Assembly: GCA_963806225.1 (NCBI GenBank) | Contig: CAWDXG010000001.1 | Location: 1,664,001-1,728,000 of the forward strand | DNA from: an uncultured delta proteobacterium | GTDB taxonomy: Bacteria; Myxococcota_A; Polyangia; Polyangiales; Polyangiaceae | Length of the DNA stretch: 64,000 nt | Reading direction: 5' to 3' | Shown: piece after piece, positions 60,961 to 64,000 of the stretch | Layout of the letters: the number at the start of each line of letters is the position of its first letter | Position numbering within the stretch: the stretch's first letter is position 1 | Notes under the pieces: generated by a model | Databases searched by the model: none | What the model was told of the DNA's origin: nothing | Seen by the model: the letters and a program-made list of their open reading frames with translations, nothing else | Made by a program: the position numbers and the translations under genes

Positions 60961-62700
60961 CTAGCGCCTCCCCAGTTCCCACTTCAAGCCGCCCGCGCTT
61001 CCCGAAACTGCCAGGCGCCGCCCGTGCACCCCCTCCAGGTGACACCAGGTGCACAGAGCGATCACGTTGTCGTCCTCGTCGCTGCCCCCCTGTGACCGGA
61101 ACTGCACGTGGTGCGGCGTTACATCATGCCGCGAGCACACGGGACTCGAGCACGTGTAGCGGTCGCGCGCGTAGATGTGGGCGTATTTCTCGCTGCGCAC
61201 GGTGAGGTGCCGCCACGCTTTCCAGAACTGGTCGCACAGGAAGCGCACGAAGCTCGTGCAGCGCGACAGGTGCTTGTGCATCACGCCGGCGAGGGCCCGC
61301 CAGAAGCGCGCCGTGTCCCGCGCCACCCGCAGATCCACCCGCACGCTTGCCGGGCCCGCGCCCAGCGCGGCGGACATCTGGCCTTGTGCTTCGAGCACTG
61401 CGTCGCGGTCGCCGGAGAGCACGTGCGACTCGAGCTCCCGGATCTCCCGCAGCGTCTCTTCCGGCGGCGGCACTGCCCGCCCCCCGACGCCGCGCGAGAG
61501 CTCGGCGGCGCGCACGTCTTCTTCAAGGTGCTTCACCGTGCGCGCCCGCGCTCGCTCGATCCAGGCGCCGGCCGTCTCCGCGGTCGCGACCCGCGAGATC
61601 AACAGCGCCGCTTCGTACCCGATCTCGCCCGCACCCAGTGCGCCTCGCACCCGCGGGCACCAGCGCCGTGCCAGCGCGATCTTCGCCTTGAAGCTCGACG
61701 GCGAAATCCCGAGGCGCTCGCGGACGTATTGCGACTCGGTGGCGTAGCCGAGCCGACGCCAGCCTTCGGCTTCATGGAATGCCCGCGCGGCCCGGCCCAG
61801 CTCCACCTCGCGCTGGGAAAGCTCCCGCGAAAGCTGGCCGATCCGCGCATCCAGCGCCCGCAGGCTCCGGGGCAGCTCGAAGACCACCGCCGCCTGTTTC
61901 CCGCCGGGACCCCGCGCATGGAAGTTCTCCTCGCAGCGCTCCTCCGATTCCTCGCGCCAGGCGTCGAGCTGTTGCCTCCACCTGGCAACTGCATCTGCTT
62001 CGCGCTCGCTCTGTTCGAATGCCTCCAGATCGTTTGCGGGCAGGACATGGGAGAGCGAGCTGTAGCTCTCCGAAAGCAGCGCATGCACGAAGCCCTCTGT
62101 CGTGCGCTCTCCGAAAGCGTGCTCGGCGAAGCGCCGCGTCCACTGCCACAGCCACGCATCCGCCGCGCCCAGCGTCATGCCGAGCGTTACCATGTCGAGA
62201 TCCGCTCGTTGAACGCGCTCGCTCGAGGGCTTGTCCACCTCGCTCGAGTCGGGCTTTGTGACCAGCAGCGCCCGCATCTCGCGTACCGTCGAGCGCAACG
62301 CCAGCTCCGTCAGCGCCGTGTCCGTCTTCGCGGTTGCATGGCGCGCGACGAGCTCCGCCATGCACCATCCCACCGCGCCGCCGGCGAGCGCGGCGCGGAG
62401 CTGCGGTAGCTTCGCCACACGCTGTGCGAGCAGGCGCGACTCGCCCGCCCAGCGAGCGCTCCGCCCGCACCGCTCGCGCGCATACGCGCCGAGCGACGAG
62501 AACCCGAGCTCGTGATGCCCGCCTCGTTGCGCCAAGAACTCCAGCAGCTCGCCCAGCACCAGCCGCGTCTGGCTCTCGCCCCGCACCAGCTTGGTCAGCC
62601 GCGCGTCGAGCCGCACCACCTCGCCCGGCGGGGCCGCACGCGCCCGGCACACCCCCGCGTTGGACGGCCGCGTCCAAGCGACGGCGCCCCCAGAAAACAT
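60961..62700 (-). CDS. DUF222-like repeat protein with C-terminal HNH endonuclease domain
   Basis: RDRYTCSSPVC..HHVQFRSQGGSDEDDNVIALCTWCHLEGVH; two N-terminal LG(F/Y)xxxxxYxRER repeats. Confidence 0.85.
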   Translation of the reverse strand: MFSGGAVAWTRPSNAGVCRARAAPPGEVVRLDARLTKLVRGESQTRLVLGELLEFLAQRGGHHELGFSSLGAYARERCGRSARWAGESRLLAQRVAKLPQLRAALAGGAVGWCMAELVARHATAKTDTALTELALRSTVREMRALLVTKPDSSEVDKPSSERVQRADLDMVTLGMTLGAADAWLWQWTRRFAEHAFGERTTEGFVHALLSESYSSLSHVLPANDLEAFEQSEREADAVARWRQQLDAWREESEERCEENFHARGPGGKQAAVVFELPRSLRALDARIGQLSRELSQREVELGRAARAFHEAEGWRRLGYATESQYVRERLGISPSSFKAKIALARRWCPRVRGALGAGEIGYEAALLISRVATAETAGAWIERARARTVKHLEEDVRAAELSRGVGGRAVPPPEETLREIRELESHVLSGDRDAVLEAQGQMSAALGAGPASVRVDLRVARDTARFWRALAGVMHKHLSRCTSFVRFLCDQFWKAWRHLTVRSEKYAHIYARDRYTCSSPVCSRHDVTPHHVQFRSQGGSDEDDNVIALCTWCHLEGVHGRRLAVSGSAGGLKWELGRR

Positions 62701-62706
62701 GCGGGA

Positions 62707-62735
62707 AACCTAGTGACAGCTGAACAGATGTCAAG
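62707..62735 (-). promoter_or_regulatory. Sigma70-like promoter (TTGACA-16 nt-TAGGTT) overlapped by a LexA-like operator; probably leaderless
   Basis: Minus strand reads CTTGACATCTGTTCAGCTGTCACTAGGTTTCCCGC-ATG; imperfect 20-bp palindrome at 62714-62733. Confidence 0.6.
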
Positions 62736-63055
62736 TGCCAGATGAGGATATTCCAGTCCGGACCCGGGGCAGCGCGCCGGCTCGCGAAGGCGCCCGACCA
62801 GCCACTCCAAGGTCGCGCTCGCCCCGACCCGCGCGAGTTGAGGCTGGGCGACCAGGTTCGTCGCCTTCGAGGGGCATGCTCATCGAGCCGTCCGGCTCGA
62901 CGAGAAATGCGCCGCCGCCTCCGGCAGGGCTGCGCTGCCGCCGCGACAATTGGGTCCACACGGTTCCGGGATTCAGGGGTCGTCGCTTCGCTAGGCGTTG
63001 CGACAAGGAAGCTAGCTGTCACGGCGACGCCCAGAGTTCCTGGTCCACACCGCCT

Positions 63056-63646
63056 TCAGGGGCAGTTGATGCCCGTGCACCGATTGTACGCGGTCACCTG
63101 ATCGAAAGTGGCGGTGAAGGTCGAACCGTCCGGGCACGTGATGGTTCCGGTGTCCGTGCTGGTGTCGGGCGCGTACTTCAGCACTTCGCTTCCCGTAGTA
63201 GCGATCATGACGCCGCTGGCTACAGTCACGTCGATGCACGGGGTGGTATCGCCGGGGCCGTACATGCCCGCTCCGTTCCCGTTCGAGACGTACTTCGAAC
63301 CATCGGACCAGGCGACCGTGCCGTTGTTGTCTGTGCACGTTCCGGACAGGTCGGGGGCGTAGCAGCTTCTGACGAACGACTCGATGCACGAGCCGAACAT
63401 GGGGTTGTTGGCGTCCGTGCAGCTGCCGGCGCCTCCACTGCCGCCGGCTGACGAGCCCGCGGAGCCGCCGCCGTTCGACGAACCTGCACTGCCGCCGCTC
63501 GACGAACCTGCGCTGCCGCCGCTCGACGAACCTGCGGCACCTCCGGAGGCGCCACCGTTGCCGCCGGCAGAAGAACCCTGTTGCCCGTCATTCGACGAGC
63601 AGCCGACCAGACAGAAGAAAAGAGTGAGTGTCAGGAGCTTGTGCAT
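63056..63646 (-). CDS. Hypothetical lipoprotein with Gly/Ser linker and Cys-rich domain
   Basis: MHKLLTLTLFFCLVGC lipobox. Confidence 0.72.
   Translation of the reverse strand: MHKLLTLTLFFCLVGCSSNDGQQGSSAGGNGGASGGAAGSSSGGSAGSSSGGSAGSSNGGGSAGSSAGGSGGAGSCTDANNPMFGSCIESFVRSCYAPDLSGTCTDNNGTVAWSDGSKYVSNGNGAGMYGPGDTTPCIDVTVASGVMIATTGSEVLKYAPDTSTDTGTITCPDGSTFTATFDQVTAYNRCTGINCP
63477..63536. repeat. About 2.5 copies of a 24-nt coding repeat (AGSSSGGS linker)
   Basis: gacgaacctgc recurs at 63477, 63501, 63525. Confidence 0.8.
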
Positions 63647-64000
63647 GGCGCCGCCCCAAGCAGGTCGCGTGCCAACCTGATACCGGGGAACATGGGTGTT
63701 CTTCTGACCGAGACGTGTGGCACCCGCGGCACGCCGTGTTGCCGTCGGACAACGCCGGTGGCCGATCGGCGCCTTGCATGGACGAGCGGCAGCGCCGCGC
63801 ATCGAACTCCAACACAGCGAACCACCCGGGCGCGCATCGGTTCGTGCAGAGCGACGGCAACACCGTCATCTACGACGGCAGCACGTCGCTCCGGTCGACG
63901 GGCACCTGCTGCTACTAGTCGGCGCCACCTGCTCGCGACTCCCGCACGAATTCCCCGCCGGGCCTATTGCGCCGCGAGCGCTCCCGCCCCAGGAAGCGTG

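Noticed and set aside
45163..63006. 12-mer gcgttgcgacaa shared by two intergenic regions (45163 and 62995)
   Set aside because: A 12-nt match is expected by chance in 64 kb; flanks are unrelated
63778..63918. Short plus-strand ORF ending STGTCCY
   Set aside because: No convincing start or family motif; may be a gene remnant

Overview
GC-rich bacterial DNA whose gene content (Cys-rich lipoproteins, several eukaryotic-like Ser/Thr kinases, an FHA protein, a DUF222-like HNH gene) points to Myxococcota, probably Polyangiales; this is inferred from gene style only. About 55 CDSs and one tRNA-Val(CAC) can be supported. Housekeeping genes (HesB/IscA family, hisF, xerC, hutH, engB/yihA, murJ) are interspersed with accessory modules. 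At least 8 genes, including hisF and hutH, carry small frame breaks that most likely reflect sequencing or assembly indels. Best candidates for new biology: (1) a NOX5-like EF-hand flavocytochrome whose O2-pocket His is replaced by Phe, followed 1 nt later by a pentaheme cytochrome c lipoprotein; (2) a tandemly duplicated, translationally coupled module of an S41 peptidase and a CBM-like lipoprotein; (3) a DUF222-like HNH gene with a leaderless sigma70-like promoter overlapped by a Myxococcus-type LexA-like box; (4) a (K/R)TMLG-repeat protein / kinase / beta-propeller operon; (5) a His-less double pseudo-histidine kinase next to a response regulator. No CRISPR array, rRNA or transposase was seen. 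All family calls come from motif recognition by eye, not from database searches.
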